The notes: a model not told the origin generated them from the sequence alone. DNA of 31,142 nt from Planctomycetota bacterium (GCA_038213805.1 JBBQSO010000065.1:1-31142); one strand, 5' to 3'. Positions 17,392-28,587 are shown, counted from the first letter of the stretch. Program-made: numbers and translations.

Positions 17392-18111
17392 CTTCGCTCC
17401 GCCCTCCGAGCCCTTCTCGCGATCGACGATGTAGAGCAGCGCGTTGGAGCGGTCGAGGACCAGCTTGCCCATGCGGATCTGCTCGACCTGGTTGTGGCTG
17501 AGGACGCTGCCGAACGCGGTGGAACGCGTCTTGGGGTCGACGCGCATCAGCGGCATCTTGTGATTGGCCTTGATCAGGCGCTCGTAGACCTCGAGGAACT
17601 TGGGGTCGACCTTGGCCTTGCGCTCGTCGTACTGGCGCTGCAGTTCGACCTCCTCGGGGGTCGCCTCGGTATCGTTGGCGGCGACCAGCTCGCCGCGCTT
17701 GGCGGAAAGCTTCCCGGCGTTCTCTTTGGCGGCGACGACCTTGGCTTCGCGTTCGGCGACGCGCGCGGCGAGGTCTTTGACGCTCTGCTCGCGATTGGCC
17801 TTCTCGGACTTGGCGGTCTCTATGCCGTTGATGATCGCCATGTACTCCTTGTTGGTCTTGGCGTTCATCTGCTTGGAGCGCAGATCGTTGATGGTCGCAT
17901 CGCAGCGCGCGACGTCGGCGGTGTACTGGCGGATCAGGGCGCCCAGCTTCTCGACCTCGGCGGCGGCGGTGGTGGTCTCGGCGGCAGCCGCGCTGGCGGA
18001 CTTCTCGGCGTCGGTGAGCCGGTTCAGCCGCTCTTCCCGCGCCCGCTTGAGCGCCAGGCGCTGCTGATCGAGCACCTGGAGGTCGAGGAGGGCGTCAATG
18101 CTGGGATTCAT
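17386..18111 (-). CDS. CT398/HP0958-like coiled-coil protein (zinc-ribbon family) lacking the ribbon cysteines
   Basis: IDALLDLQVLDQ start, AKTNKEYMAIINGIE, long coiled coil, VDPKFLEVYERL, C-terminal ..IRMGKLV..LLYI. Start ATG 18111. Confidence 0.78.
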   Translation of the reverse strand: MNPSIDALLDLQVLDQQRLALKRAREERLNRLTDAEKSASAAAAETTTAAAEVEKLGALIRQYTADVARCDATINDLRSKQMNAKTNKEYMAIINGIETAKSEKANREQSVKDLAARVAEREAKVVAAKENAGKLSAKRGELVAANDTEATPEEVELQRQYDERKAKVDPKFLEVYERLIKANHKMPLMRVDPKTRSTAFGSVLSHNQVEQIRMGKLVLDRSNALLYIVDREKGSEGGAKG

Positions 18112-18239
18112 GGCTCGGATCGCCTCCGTGGCCCTGCATCCTCGCGGGGCCTGCCGGTGGTCCAAGCGGAATTTCCGCCCGGGGTCCGGGCTGCGGTCCA
18201 GCGGGTGCCGCGCCGCACCATGATCCGCGCACGCGGCGG

Positions 18240-18268
18240 TTGACGCCTGGACCGGGGATGGCCATAGT
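18240..18268 (+). promoter_or_regulatory. Putative sigma70 promoter of the kinase gene
   Basis: TTGACG-N17-CATAGT in the divergent intergenic region. Confidence 0.45.
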
Positions 18269-18360
18269 CCGCGCAGATTCCGGCGTCGGACGCCCACCCG
18301 CGCGCCGTCCACCCTATCGGCCCGGCCTTCCGGCCGCCCGGTCGCCGGAAGCCCCTGCCC

Positions 18361-20325
<1,965 letters not shown>

Positions 20326-20380
20326 GCACTGCTCACCACCCACACGTCCGCTGGTGCAACGAAGCCGGAAGGCAACAGCA

Positions 20381-20496
20381 GGGACGCAGAGCGCCGCAAA
20401 GGGCCGCGAGGGATCGCCCCCCATCGGTTCAGGAGGGCTTCAGAAGTCGGAACCCATGGCCCATGCAGCTGTGTTCTGCGGCCCTCTGCATCTTTG
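20381..20496. repeat. Second, more degenerate CGCAGAG-type inverted element
   Basis: GACGCAGAGCGCCGCAAAGGGCCGC ... TTCTGCGGCCCTCTGCATC; resembles 1827-2003. Confidence 0.55.
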
Positions 20497-20662
20497 AGGT
20501 GCGGCACGACCATAAACAAGGTGCGTCGCGGTGGTGCGCAGGCACTGGTGGGTTATGCGTTGGGTCCAGGGCCCGGAATTTCCGTCGCGGGCGGACGTGT
20601 CCAACGTCGGACGTGCACGATGTGCCCCTTGCGGGCTCTGCAGCTGTCCAAGAATGCCGGCC

Positions 20663-21064
20663 ATGCCCGGCCCGGTCGACATCGAGGAACTCGCGCGCCA
20701 GGACGGCCGCTTCGCGGTCGATGCCTTCGCCTTCGTCGGCGAGGGGCTGCGCCACGCCGCCAAGAGGTCGGGCAAGGACCAGGCCACGGGCAGCGAGCGC
20801 CACCTGACCGCAGGTGAACTGGTGGAGGGCGTGCTCGACCTTGCGGCCGAGCGCTACGGCCTGCTCGCGGATCTGGTGCTGCGCTCCTGGGGCCTGACCG
20901 GCAGCGGCGACATCGGCAGCATCACCTTCACCCTGATCAGCCACGGCGTGTTCTCCAAGCAGCCCAGCGACCGCCTCGAAGATTTCCTCGCCGGCCCCGA
21001 CTTCGCCAGCGACCTGGTCGCGCGCTGCCGGACGCGGCTGCTGGCTGGCGCAGGGCGCGCATGA
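20663..21064 (+). CDS. Minf_1886 family (Verrucomicrobia/Planctomycetes-restricted) protein
   Basis: DGRFAVDAFAFVGEGL, RHLTAGEL, YGLLADLVLRSWG, DIGSITFTLI, DRLEDF. Start is ATG 20663 or 20654. Confidence 0.8.
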   Translation: MPGPVDIEELARQDGRFAVDAFAFVGEGLRHAAKRSGKDQATGSERHLTAGELVEGVLDLAAERYGLLADLVLRSWGLTGSGDIGSITFTLISHGVFSKQPSDRLEDFLAGPDFASDLVARCRTRLLAGAGRA

Positions 21065-21072
21065 TCGCGCCC

Positions 21073-21251
21073 GTCCGGAAGTCCATCAGGAGGGTCCGGG
21101 AGTCCGTCAGCAGGGTCCGGAAGTCCGGAAGTCCGGAAGTCCGGAAGTCTCGTGGTCCCGGGACGCGGTGCGCGTTCTCGGGCCCGGGCACACGGAATAC
21201 ACCCCAGGAGCAGAGGACTTCCGGACTTCCGGACTTCTGGACTTCCGGACT
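21073..21251. repeat. Inverted octamer arrays (GTCCGGAA)x4 ... (GGACTTCC)x4.6
   Basis: 21115-21149 (plus spaced copies at 21073 and 21094) and 21215-21251; the right arm abuts GTG 21252. Confidence 0.92.
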
Positions 21252-23060
21252 GTGAAAGATCTTCTCGACCACCCCTGGGTGCGCGTCCTGCTCCTCGCCA
21301 CCACCGTGGCGATGTGCAGCTGGGCGCTGCAGGAGACCTCCGCGCTCACCCTGCCGGTGGTGACCGCGCTCGGCGCCGTGCTGCTACCGGTGGCGATCGG
21401 CTTCACCATCGCCTACGTGTTGACCCCGGTCGTCGATGCGCTCACCCGGCGCGGGCTGCCGCGGCCGATCGCGGCCGGGGTGCTGTTCTTCCTGTTCTGC
21501 GTGTCGGCGGTGCTGGGCGTCTCGCTGGTCGTGCCGACGGTGCTCCGCCAGTCGGCCAACCTCACCACCCGCCTTTTCCAGGGTGAGTCGTTCACTGACC
21601 TCAACCACAACGGGGTGTGGGATCCGGGCGAGCCCTATGTCGATGCCAATGGCAACGGCCGCTACGACGGGCGTGGCATGCTCGACACCCTGGCGACCCG
21701 CGTCGAGGACCTGCAGGAGCGCCTGCGCCGCCTGGCCCGGCTCGACCTCGACGCGCCGGCGCTGGCCTTCCTCGACCTCTACCTCGACGAGACCGTCGCT
21801 GAACGCACCCTGATCGACGGGGCGCTCGCCGTCGCGCGCGATGGGCGCGGGCCCGAGCAGTGGCCCGCCGGCCTGCGCCGCGAACCGCCGGCCGACGCGC
21901 CGCCGGCCTGGAATCCGGCGTGGCCCGGCGCGCAGCGCAGCGACGTCGACGACGCCTATGGCCACCTGCTGCCCGAGGTGCGCGAGCGCTGGCTGCGCAA
22001 CCTCGCCGCGGCGGGCGCGGCGCTCGCCGCCAAGCAGGACCTGCTGCTCGCCGCCCTGCGCGCCGCTCGCGACCAGGGCACCCCGGACGAGCCGCGCCTC
22101 GCCGCCGCGGTCGAGCGCCTGCGCGCCTATTGGCAGCGGCCCGTCGGGCCCGAGTCGTTCAAGGTCGCCAAGGGCTTCGCCGCGCGCCTCGGCGAGGCCG
22201 TCGAGAAGGACGGCCAGCCGGCTGCCCGCCAGCTGCTCGACGGGCTGCGTGGCGGCGAGGGCGGCATCGGCACACAGTGGCTCGGCCCGCTGGTCAAGTC
22301 GCTGGAGGACGCCGTGCACAGCGAGGCAGAGACCTTGCCGGCCCGCCTCGGCGGCTGGATGCGGGGCGGCCTCGGCAATATCGATCAGCTGCTCGCCTTC
22401 ACCCTCGACGTGCTGCTCGTGCCGATCTACGCGTTCTTCATGATCCTGGCCATGCCGGCGATCCGTCGCGGGGTGAAGGAGCACATCCCGCTCAACCGCC
22501 GCGACCAGGTGCTGCGCATCGCCCACGACATCGAGCGCGTGGTCGCGGCCTTCTTCCGCGGCCGCATCGTGGTGTGCCTGATCTGCGCGGGCCTGACCTA
22601 CATCGGCTTCGTCACCATCGGCATCTTCGGCACTGGCGTGCCCTACGCCGCGCTGTTCGGACTGGCGATCGGGCTCGCCACCGCGGTGCCACTTGCCGGT
22701 ATCCTGTTCCTGGTCCCGGCGGTGGTCCTGACCATGATCGAGGGCGGCGGTCCGATCACCGCGGGCGCGGTGATCGGCGTTTACCTGGCCGTGCAGGCGC
22801 TCGAAACCGTGGTCCTGACGCCGACCATCATGGGCCGCGAGGTCGAGCTGCACCCGGTGACCCTGATCGTCGCGCTGCTGCTGTGCGGCAAGCTCATCGG
22901 CGTGCTCGGCGTGATCATGGCGGTGCCGATCGCCGCGACCTGCCGCATCCTGGCGCGCGAATACCTGTGGCCGCGCCTGCGCGTGTGGGCCGAGCGCCAT
23001 CCGCCGCGGCCATACCCGCTGCCCGAGGCCGGGTCCGGGCCGCCCCCGGCCGGGCCGTGA
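21252..23060 (+). CDS. AI-2E family transporter with a large soluble insertion
   Basis: LLPVAIGFTIAYVLTPVVD at the N-terminus; FFRGRIVVC, QALETVVLTPTIMG..LHPV..LLCGKLIGVLGVIMAVP at the C-terminus; 602 aa. GTG start inferred because the upstream frame is repeat-derived. Confidence 0.87.
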   Translation: MKDLLDHPWVRVLLLATTVAMCSWALQETSALTLPVVTALGAVLLPVAIGFTIAYVLTPVVDALTRRGLPRPIAAGVLFFLFCVSAVLGVSLVVPTVLRQSANLTTRLFQGESFTDLNHNGVWDPGEPYVDANGNGRYDGRGMLDTLATRVEDLQERLRRLARLDLDAPALAFLDLYLDETVAERTLIDGALAVARDGRGPEQWPAGLRREPPADAPPAWNPAWPGAQRSDVDDAYGHLLPEVRERWLRNLAAAGAALAAKQDLLLAALRAARDQGTPDEPRLAAAVERLRAYWQRPVGPESFKVAKGFAARLGEAVEKDGQPAARQLLDGLRGGEGGIGTQWLGPLVKSLEDAVHSEAETLPARLGGWMRGGLGNIDQLLAFTLDVLLVPIYAFFMILAMPAIRRGVKEHIPLNRRDQVLRIAHDIERVVAAFFRGRIVVCLICAGLTYIGFVTIGIFGTGVPYAALFGLAIGLATAVPLAGILFLVPAVVLTMIEGGGPITAGAVIGVYLAVQALETVVLTPTIMGREVELHPVTLIVALLLCGKLIGVLGVIMAVPIAATCRILAREYLWPRLRVWAERHPPRPYPLPEAGSGPPPAGP

Positions 23061-24097
23061 CCCGTTCCGCTCGGCGCATCCTTGACGCCAACGGCAACCG
23101 CGCCGCCGAGGGCCTGCGCGTGCTCGAGGACGTCGCGCGCTTCCTGCTCGACGATGCCGCGCTGGGCGAACGCGCCAAGCTGCTGCGCCACGACGTGCGC
23201 GGCCTGATCCCCGCCGAGGCGGTTGGCGACCGCGACACTGCCGGCGACGTCGGTACCGCCATCACGGCGCCGGACGAGCAGGCCCGCGCGCGGCCGGTCG
23301 ACCTGGTGCGCGCCAATGCCGCGCGCGTCGCCGAGGCACTGCGCGCCGGCGAGGAGGCGGCCAAGCTGCTCGGCCTGCCACGCGCCACCGCCGGGCTCGA
23401 GCAGGCGCGCTACCACGCCTACCAGCTCGAGAGCGGCCTGCTCTCGCGCCTGCCTGCCTGGCTGCTGCACCGCGTGCGCCTGTACGCCCTGGTCGACACC
23501 ACCCTGACCGCCGACCCGGTCGGCGTCGCCGGTGCGGTGGCGCGCGGCGGCGCGGGCGCGGTGCAGCTGCGCGCCAAGGGTCTGGGTGTGCGTGCCTACC
23601 GCGAGCTCGCCGCACGCGTCCAGGATGCGGTGCGCGGCGCCGGCGCGCTGTTCGTGGTCAACGACCATGTCGCGGTGGCGCGCGTGCTGGACGCCGACGC
23701 GGTGCACGTCGGCCAAGACGATCTGGCGCTGGCCGATGTGCGCGCGGTGCTCGGCGCGCGCGGTGCGGTCGGGGTCTCGGCGCACACCGCCGCCCAGGCC
23801 GAGCAGGCGCTGGCCGCCGGCGCCGACTACCTCGGCCTGGGTCCGATGCACGCCACCGCCACCAAGCCGCACGAGCCGGAGCGCGGGCCACAGCTGCTTG
23901 ATGCGGTGCGCGCGCTGCTCGCCGCCACGCGCCGCCCGAGTTACGCCATAGGCGGTCTCGACGCCGCCCGCATCACCGCGCTGCGCGCGCGCTTGCCGCA
24001 CGGCGTAGCGGTGGCCGGCGCCCTGTGCCGTGCCGCCGATCCCGAACGCGCGGCGGCGGAACTGCTGTTGCTTCTCCAGCCCGACGAGCTGGCGTGA
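23057..24097 (+). CDS. thiE: Thiamine-phosphate synthase with N-terminal ThiD2-type helical domain
   Basis: RILDANGNRAAEGLRVLED N-domain; VQLRAK, VVND, VHVGQDD, GVSAH, ADYLGLGP..TATK, AIGG. GTGA overlap with the upstream gene. Confidence 0.9.
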   Translation: MTRSARRILDANGNRAAEGLRVLEDVARFLLDDAALGERAKLLRHDVRGLIPAEAVGDRDTAGDVGTAITAPDEQARARPVDLVRANAARVAEALRAGEEAAKLLGLPRATAGLEQARYHAYQLESGLLSRLPAWLLHRVRLYALVDTTLTADPVGVAGAVARGGAGAVQLRAKGLGVRAYRELAARVQDAVRGAGALFVVNDHVAVARVLDADAVHVGQDDLALADVRAVLGARGAVGVSAHTAAQAEQALAAGADYLGLGPMHATATKPHEPERGPQLLDAVRALLAATRRPSYAIGGLDAARITALRARLPHGVAVAGALCRAADPERAAAELLLLLQPDELA

Positions 24098-24360
24098 CCG
24101 CCGCCCATCAGCCCGGTCCCTGGCCGCGCTTCGCGCTCGTCCAGCTCGCTCAGCTGCCCAGCCTCGGCCTGGCCTGCTTCGGCCAGGGCCCGTGGGCGCT
24201 GTGGACCGCCGCGTTGGTCGCCTCGCTGGTATGCTGTGCGGGGACCGACTCCCTGCCTCCCGCCGCGGGGCGCGCACTGCAGCGCTGCGTGAATGGCGTG
24301 CTGCTTGTGGAGGCGGTGCTGTGGTTGGCGATGGCGCTGGTGCTGGGGACGGCGGGGTAG
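24094..24360 (+). CDS. Small hypothetical membrane protein (88 aa)
   Basis: GTGA overlap with the thiE stop; two to three hydrophobic segments; GC3-rich codons. Confidence 0.6.
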   Translation: MTAAHQPGPWPRFALVQLAQLPSLGLACFGQGPWALWTAALVASLVCCAGTDSLPPAAGRALQRCVNGVLLVEAVLWLAMALVLGTAG

Positions 24361-24367
24361 GGGGCGC

Positions 24368-24605
24368 GGTTACGAGTTACGAGACGCGAGGGCAGCAAGC
24401 TCCGCGTCAGCACCCCTGTGGATGAGCCTGCAGAGCGGGCGGAAGAAAATAACCCAGGGCGTGAGCTATTTTCTTCCGCCCGCTCCGCGGGCTCATCGGC
24501 ACTCACCCGGCGTTCTCGGCCAAGGCACTTGTCTCACCCGTCCAACCTGATTTCCTGTGCCTCGCACTTCGCACCTCGCACCTCGCACCTCGCACCTCGC
24601 ACCTC
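24368..24605. repeat. Heptamer arrays (GGTTACG AGTTACG AGACGCG) ... (CTCGCAC)x6 enclosing a REP-like hairpin
   Basis: 24368-24390 and 24561-24605 share a CGAG/CTCG core in inverted orientation. Confidence 0.8.
24421..24497. repeat. REP-like hairpin of the same family as 12659-13138
   Basis: GATGAGCCTGCAGAGCGGGCGGAAGAAAATA pairs with TATTTTCTTCCGCCCGCTCCGCGGGCTCATC (2 mismatches); loop contains CCCAGGGCGTGAGC. Confidence 0.85.
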
Positions 24606-24628
24606 CCGCCCTCCCCCCCGGAGCCCCC

Positions 24629-25039
24629 ATGGTCACCTTCACCATCACTTATCAGGGCGATCTCCGCTGTGCGGCCGTGCATGGCCCGAGCAAGACCATG
24701 CTGCTCACCGACGCGCCGCTCGACAACCATGGCCGGGGCGAGAGCTTCTCGCCCACCGACCTCATCGCGACCGGCCTTGCGACCTGCGTGCTCACCACCA
24801 TCGGCATCGTCGCCAAGCGCGACGCCGTGGCTTTCACCGGCGCGACCGCCGAGGTCGCGAAGCACATGACCAGCGACCTGCCGCGGCGCATCGCCCGCCT
24901 GGTCGTGCACATCGCCATGCCCCTCGGCCTGGCCCACGAGGTGCGCGCCAAGCTTGAGCGCGCCGGCCACACCTGTCCGGTCAAGCTCTCGCTGCACCCA
25001 GATTTGGTCGTCGAGCTCGCCTACCGCTACGCTGATTGA
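24629..25039 (+). CDS. OsmC family protein
   Basis: TDAPLDNHGRGESFSPTDL..LATC..and CPVKLSL (two conserved Cys); GGAG upstream of ATG 24629. Confidence 0.9.
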   Translation: MVTFTITYQGDLRCAAVHGPSKTMLLTDAPLDNHGRGESFSPTDLIATGLATCVLTTIGIVAKRDAVAFTGATAEVAKHMTSDLPRRIARLVVHIAMPLGLAHEVRAKLERAGHTCPVKLSLHPDLVVELAYRYAD

Positions 25040-25040
25040 G

Positions 25041-26477
25041 CTAGCGAATCCCGAGCTGTTTCACCCGGTACCGGATCTGCCGGAAGCTGATGCCGAGCAG
25101 CTCGGCGGCGCGGGTGAGGTTGTCGTCGCTGGCGGTCAGGGCGGCGCCGAGCAGGGCGCGCTCCTGAGTCTCGAGCTCGCTGGTCAGGTCGATCTTCTCG
25201 CCGACGAAAAGCCGCGCGAGGGCTGGGCCACAGGGTGAGTCAGCGCCGGTCGCGATCGGCCGTGCCGCGCCGCCCAATTTCGCGGCGGACTGAGGGGCGC
25301 CAGCTCCGGCTGCCTGGCTGGCGACCAGGTCGGCGAACAGCGCATCATGGGCGATGTCGCCGCTGGTCGACAGGGCCACGCCGCGCTGGATGCGGTTGTC
25401 GAGCTCGCGGATGTTGCCCGGCCACGGATAGGCGAGCATGGTCGCAAGTGCGTCGCGGGTGAAGCCGGTGACGCCGCGGCGTAGCTTGACCGCGTGCCGG
25501 GCGAGCAGGTGCCCGGCCAGAACCGGAATGTCCTCGCGGCGCTCGCGCAGGGCCGGCAGGTGCAGCGGGATGACCGCCAGGCGGTAGTAGAGGTCCTCGC
25601 GGAAGGTGCCGGCCTTGACCATCACCTGCAGGTCGCGGTTGGTGGCCGCGACCAGGCGCACGTTGCAGGTGCGGGTCTCGCGGCCGCCGACCGGCACGTA
25701 TTCGCCGCTCTCCAGCACGCGCAGCAGCTTGACCTGGGTCTCGCTGGCGAGTTCGCCGACCTCGTCGAGGAACAGCGTCCCGCCATCGGCGAGCGCGAAC
25801 AGACCCGGGCGGTCCTCGATGGCGCCGGTGAAGGCGCCGCGGACGTGGCCGAACAGCTCGCTCTCAAGCAGCGAGGGGGTCAGGGCGCCGGAGTTGATGC
25901 GGATCAGCGCGCGATCGGCGCGCAGGCTGGCGTAGTGCTCGGCGCGCGAGACCAGTTCCTTGCCGGTGCCGCTCTCGCCGGTGACCAGCACCGTCGAGTC
26001 GGTGGTCGAGACCTGCTCGATGCTGGCGAGGATGGCCTGGATGCCGGGGCTGGAGCCGACCAGGTGCACTCCTGGCCCGCCCTCGCCCGCGGCGCGCGCC
26101 GCGAGCCAGTGGGCGCGGGCGTCGAGCGCGCGCGCCACCATCGCCTTGACCGCGAGGTTGTCGAAGGGCTTGCGCACGAAGTTGTAGGCGCCTTGGCGCA
26201 TAGCCCGCACCGCGGTGTCCCATTCCGCGAACGCGGTCATGATCACCACGAAGAGGTCGCTGTGGCGGCGGCGCAGCTCGGCGAGCAGGGCCAACCCGTC
26301 CATCGGTTCCATGCGTAGGTCGCTCAGCACCAGCTCGAACCCCGGCTCGGCGGCGAGGATGGCGAGCGCCTCCTGGCCGTTGGCCGCGACCGTCACCTGA
26401 TGCCCATCGCGGCGCAGGACGATGTCGAGCATCGAGCGCAGCGCCGCCTCGTCGTCCACCACCAGGATCCGGCCCAT
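25041..26477 (-). CDS. Sigma54-dependent response regulator (NtrC family, PilR-like)
   Basis: Receiver domain [69 protein letters not shown]. Confidence 0.93.
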   Translation of the reverse strand: MGRILVVDDEAALRSMLDIVLRRDGHQVTVAANGQEALAILAAEPGFELVLSDLRMEPMDGLALLAELRRRHSDLFVVIMTAFAEWDTAVRAMRQGAYNFVRKPFDNLAVKAMVARALDARAHWLAARAAGEGGPGVHLVGSSPGIQAILASIEQVSTTDSTVLVTGESGTGKELVSRAEHYASLRADRALIRINSGALTPSLLESELFGHVRGAFTGAIEDRPGLFALADGGTLFLDEVGELASETQVKLLRVLESGEYVPVGGRETRTCNVRLVAATNRDLQVMVKAGTFREDLYYRLAVIPLHLPALRERREDIPVLAGHLLARHAVKLRRGVTGFTRDALATMLAYPWPGNIRELDNRIQRGVALSTSGDIAHDALFADLVASQAAGAGAPQSAAKLGGAARPIATGADSPCGPALARLFVGEKIDLTSELETQERALLGAALTASDDNLTRAAELLGISFRQIRYRVKQLGIR

Positions 26478-26547
26478 GGGGTAAGGATGCGCCACAAATG
26501 GCCGGGTCTCAAGGGGCGGTATGGGGGGCGGGCAGAGAGGGTCCGCT

Positions 26548-26603
26548 GACCCTAGACCCTAGACCCTAGACCCTAGACCCTAGACGCGAGACGCGAGACG
26601 CGA
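26548..26603. repeat. Compound heptamer array (GACCCTA)x5(GACGCGA)x3
   Basis: Continuous 7-nt register across the unit switch at 26583. Confidence 0.92.
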
Positions 26604-26628
26604 GGCTGCTAGACCCTGGGGTGTGGGG

Positions 26629-26661
26629 TTAAACGCGTACGGCCGCCTCGCGGCGGCCGTA
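26629..26661 (-). terminator. Probable terminator after the beta-barrel gene
   Basis: Minus strand TACGGCCGCC-GCGA-GGCGGCCGTA (GNRA loop) followed by CGCGTTT. Confidence 0.6.
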
Positions 26662-26686
26662 GCGGGGAATCATTTCCAGGACCGGA

Positions 26687-27556
26687 CTATTCCGGGCGGT
26701 ACTCGATGCCGACGCTCAGGATGATCTCGTTGGGGTCGAGGTTGTTGGCGCGCATCGCGGTGCGGTCGGCCTTCTCGAGCCAGAAGTGGCCCTCGAGGCT
26801 GAGCGTCGTCCACAGGTCCTTCATGAAGAACGGCTGGGTGAGTTTGACGCCCAGGTCCATGGTGGTGAAGCCACGGCCGCCGGTGGTGTTGAAGGGATCG
26901 GTGAAGCGCTTGTACTGCTCGTTGCCGAAGTTGAAGAGCTGCCAGAAGACCAGGTCGACCGGAGCGTGCTGATAGAACTCGCGGGCGCCGATGCCGCCCT
27001 TGAAGTCGTGGTTCGACGCGCCGCCCGAGGAACCGTACTTGTTCTCATCGGCGTTGTAGAACGGATTGTAGGCGACGCCGCCGCCGAGTTCGACGCCCTG
27101 CAGCGGGGTCAGCCACCAGGCGTCGACGCCGAGGTAGTGCTGCTGGTCGCTGTGCGGGACGCTGCCGAGGTTCGGATAGGTGACCCACTGGTAGTAGGGG
27201 ATCACCTGGAGGAGGTTCTCGACCTCGATCAGGTAGTCGAGCTTGGCATCGAACTGGGTGGTCGTGCCGAAGGTGTTGCGCTGCCCGGTGTAGGGATTGG
27301 CGAGCTCCTCACCCAGGACCATGTAGTGGTCGAGCTTGAGGCCGATGTCGAAGTAGCGGGCCTGGAGGGTGCCCTTGGCGGTGACGCCGTCGTTGAGCAC
27401 GCGACCCTGGTCGTAGTGCTTGCTGACCATGTCCAGGCCGAGCAGGAAGTCGTCCGGGCCCTTGGCCAGCTCGGTTTCGACGGCGCAGGCGCTGCCGAGG
27501 GTGAAGGTGGCGAGGGCCACGGTGGCGAGGCTGGTGCTGAGGGCCGGGGTCTTCAT
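26687..27556 (-). CDS. Putative outer-membrane beta-barrel protein
   Basis: Signal peptide MKTPALSTSLATVALATFTLGSACA; alternating aromatic beta-strands; terminal strand IILSVGIEYRPE; ATGA overlap with the gpsA stop. Confidence 0.7.
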   Translation of the reverse strand: MKTPALSTSLATVALATFTLGSACAVETELAKGPDDFLLGLDMVSKHYDQGRVLNDGVTAKGTLQARYFDIGLKLDHYMVLGEELANPYTGQRNTFGTTTQFDAKLDYLIEVENLLQVIPYYQWVTYPNLGSVPHSDQQHYLGVDAWWLTPLQGVELGGGVAYNPFYNADENKYGSSGGASNHDFKGGIGAREFYQHAPVDLVFWQLFNFGNEQYKRFTDPFNTTGGRGFTTMDLGVKLTQPFFMKDLWTTLSLEGHFWLEKADRTAMRANNLDPNEIILSVGIEYRPE

Positions 27557-28542
27557 GCGTTTTCTTCCTTGGGGGCTCGTGAGAGGAGGTTTTCCATCGC
27601 GGTGCGCACCGGTGTAGCGGCCCACAGGACCGATGCCACCTGCGAGGCGATGGGAAGTTCAATATGGACCCGGGCGGCCAATTCAACTGCCGCGCGGCAG
27701 GTCCATGCACCTTCGGCCACCGTCCGGTGCCGCGCGAGGTGCTCGGCGGCGCTCTCGCCGAGGGCCACGGCCATGCCCAGGGCGCGGTTGCGGCCGTGCG
27801 GGGAATAGCAGGTGGCGAGCAAATCCCCGATCCCCGCCATGCCCGCGAAGGTGCTGTCCTGGGCGCCCAGGGCGCGGCCCAGGCGGCGCATCTCGGCCAG
27901 ACCACGGGTGATGACCGCGGCCTTGGTGTTGTCGCCCAGGCGCAGTCCATCGCAGATCCCGGCGGCCACCGCGATGACGTTCTTGAGCGCTCCGCCGAGT
28001 TCGACCCCGGCCAGATCGCCGGTGGTATAGAGCCGGCAGCGTGAGGAATGCAGGCGGGCGCTAGCCAGGGCGCAGCAGGTCTCGTCGCCGGCCATGGCCA
28101 GGGCCACCGGCAGGCCGGCCATGACCTCGATGGCGTGGCTGGGACCGGAGATGCTGCCGTAGGCGCGCGGACCAAGCTCGGCGGCCAGGATTTCACTGAC
28201 ACGCAGCAGCGAGCCTTGCTCCAGGCCCTTGGCCAGGGACACCACCACCGCATCGGGGGCGAGGTGGGGGCGCAGGTGCCGCGCCTGATCGCGGGTGAAT
28301 TGGGTGGGCACCGCCCACAGTACCAGATCGGCCGCCGCCAGCACACCAGGGTCGGCACTGATCACCAGTTCGGCCGGCAGGGGCAGGTCGGGCATCTGGG
28401 CATGGCGGCGGGAGGCCGCCAGGACCGCGACGCGCTCGCGGTCGCGTCCGACCAACACCACCGGCGCCTTGCCGGCGCGCACTGCCAGGGTCGCCGCCGC
28501 GGCCCCCCAGGTGCCGGTGCCGATGATCGCGGTCAGGGACAT
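27553..28542 (-). CDS. gpsA: NAD(P)H-dependent glycerol-3-phosphate dehydrogenase
   Basis: IIGTGTWG, AKGLE, SGPSHA, GVELGGALKNVIAVAAG, GDNTKAAVITRGLAEM, GIGDLLATCYS..RN. Confidence 0.95.
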   Translation of the reverse strand: MSLTAIIGTGTWGAAAATLAVRAGKAPVVLVGRDRERVAVLAASRRHAQMPDLPLPAELVISADPGVLAAADLVLWAVPTQFTRDQARHLRPHLAPDAVVVSLAKGLEQGSLLRVSEILAAELGPRAYGSISGPSHAIEVMAGLPVALAMAGDETCCALASARLHSSRCRLYTTGDLAGVELGGALKNVIAVAAGICDGLRLGDNTKAAVITRGLAEMRRLGRALGAQDSTFAGMAGIGDLLATCYSPHGRNRALGMAVALGESAAEHLARHRTVAEGAWTCRAAVELAARVHIELPIASQVASVLWAATPVRTAMENLLSRAPKEENA

Positions 28543-28587
28543 GGGGCTACCCTACGGGTGGTGTCGGGGGTGCAAAGGGGGTGGGGG

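Noticed and set aside
21860..23056. 745-aa ThiE
   Set aside because: Shadow frame over the AI-2E gene; the real start is GTG 23057.
21252..23060. TPP riboswitch for thiE
   Set aside because: No CTGAGA-containing THI-box pattern was seen upstream of thiE or of its operon.
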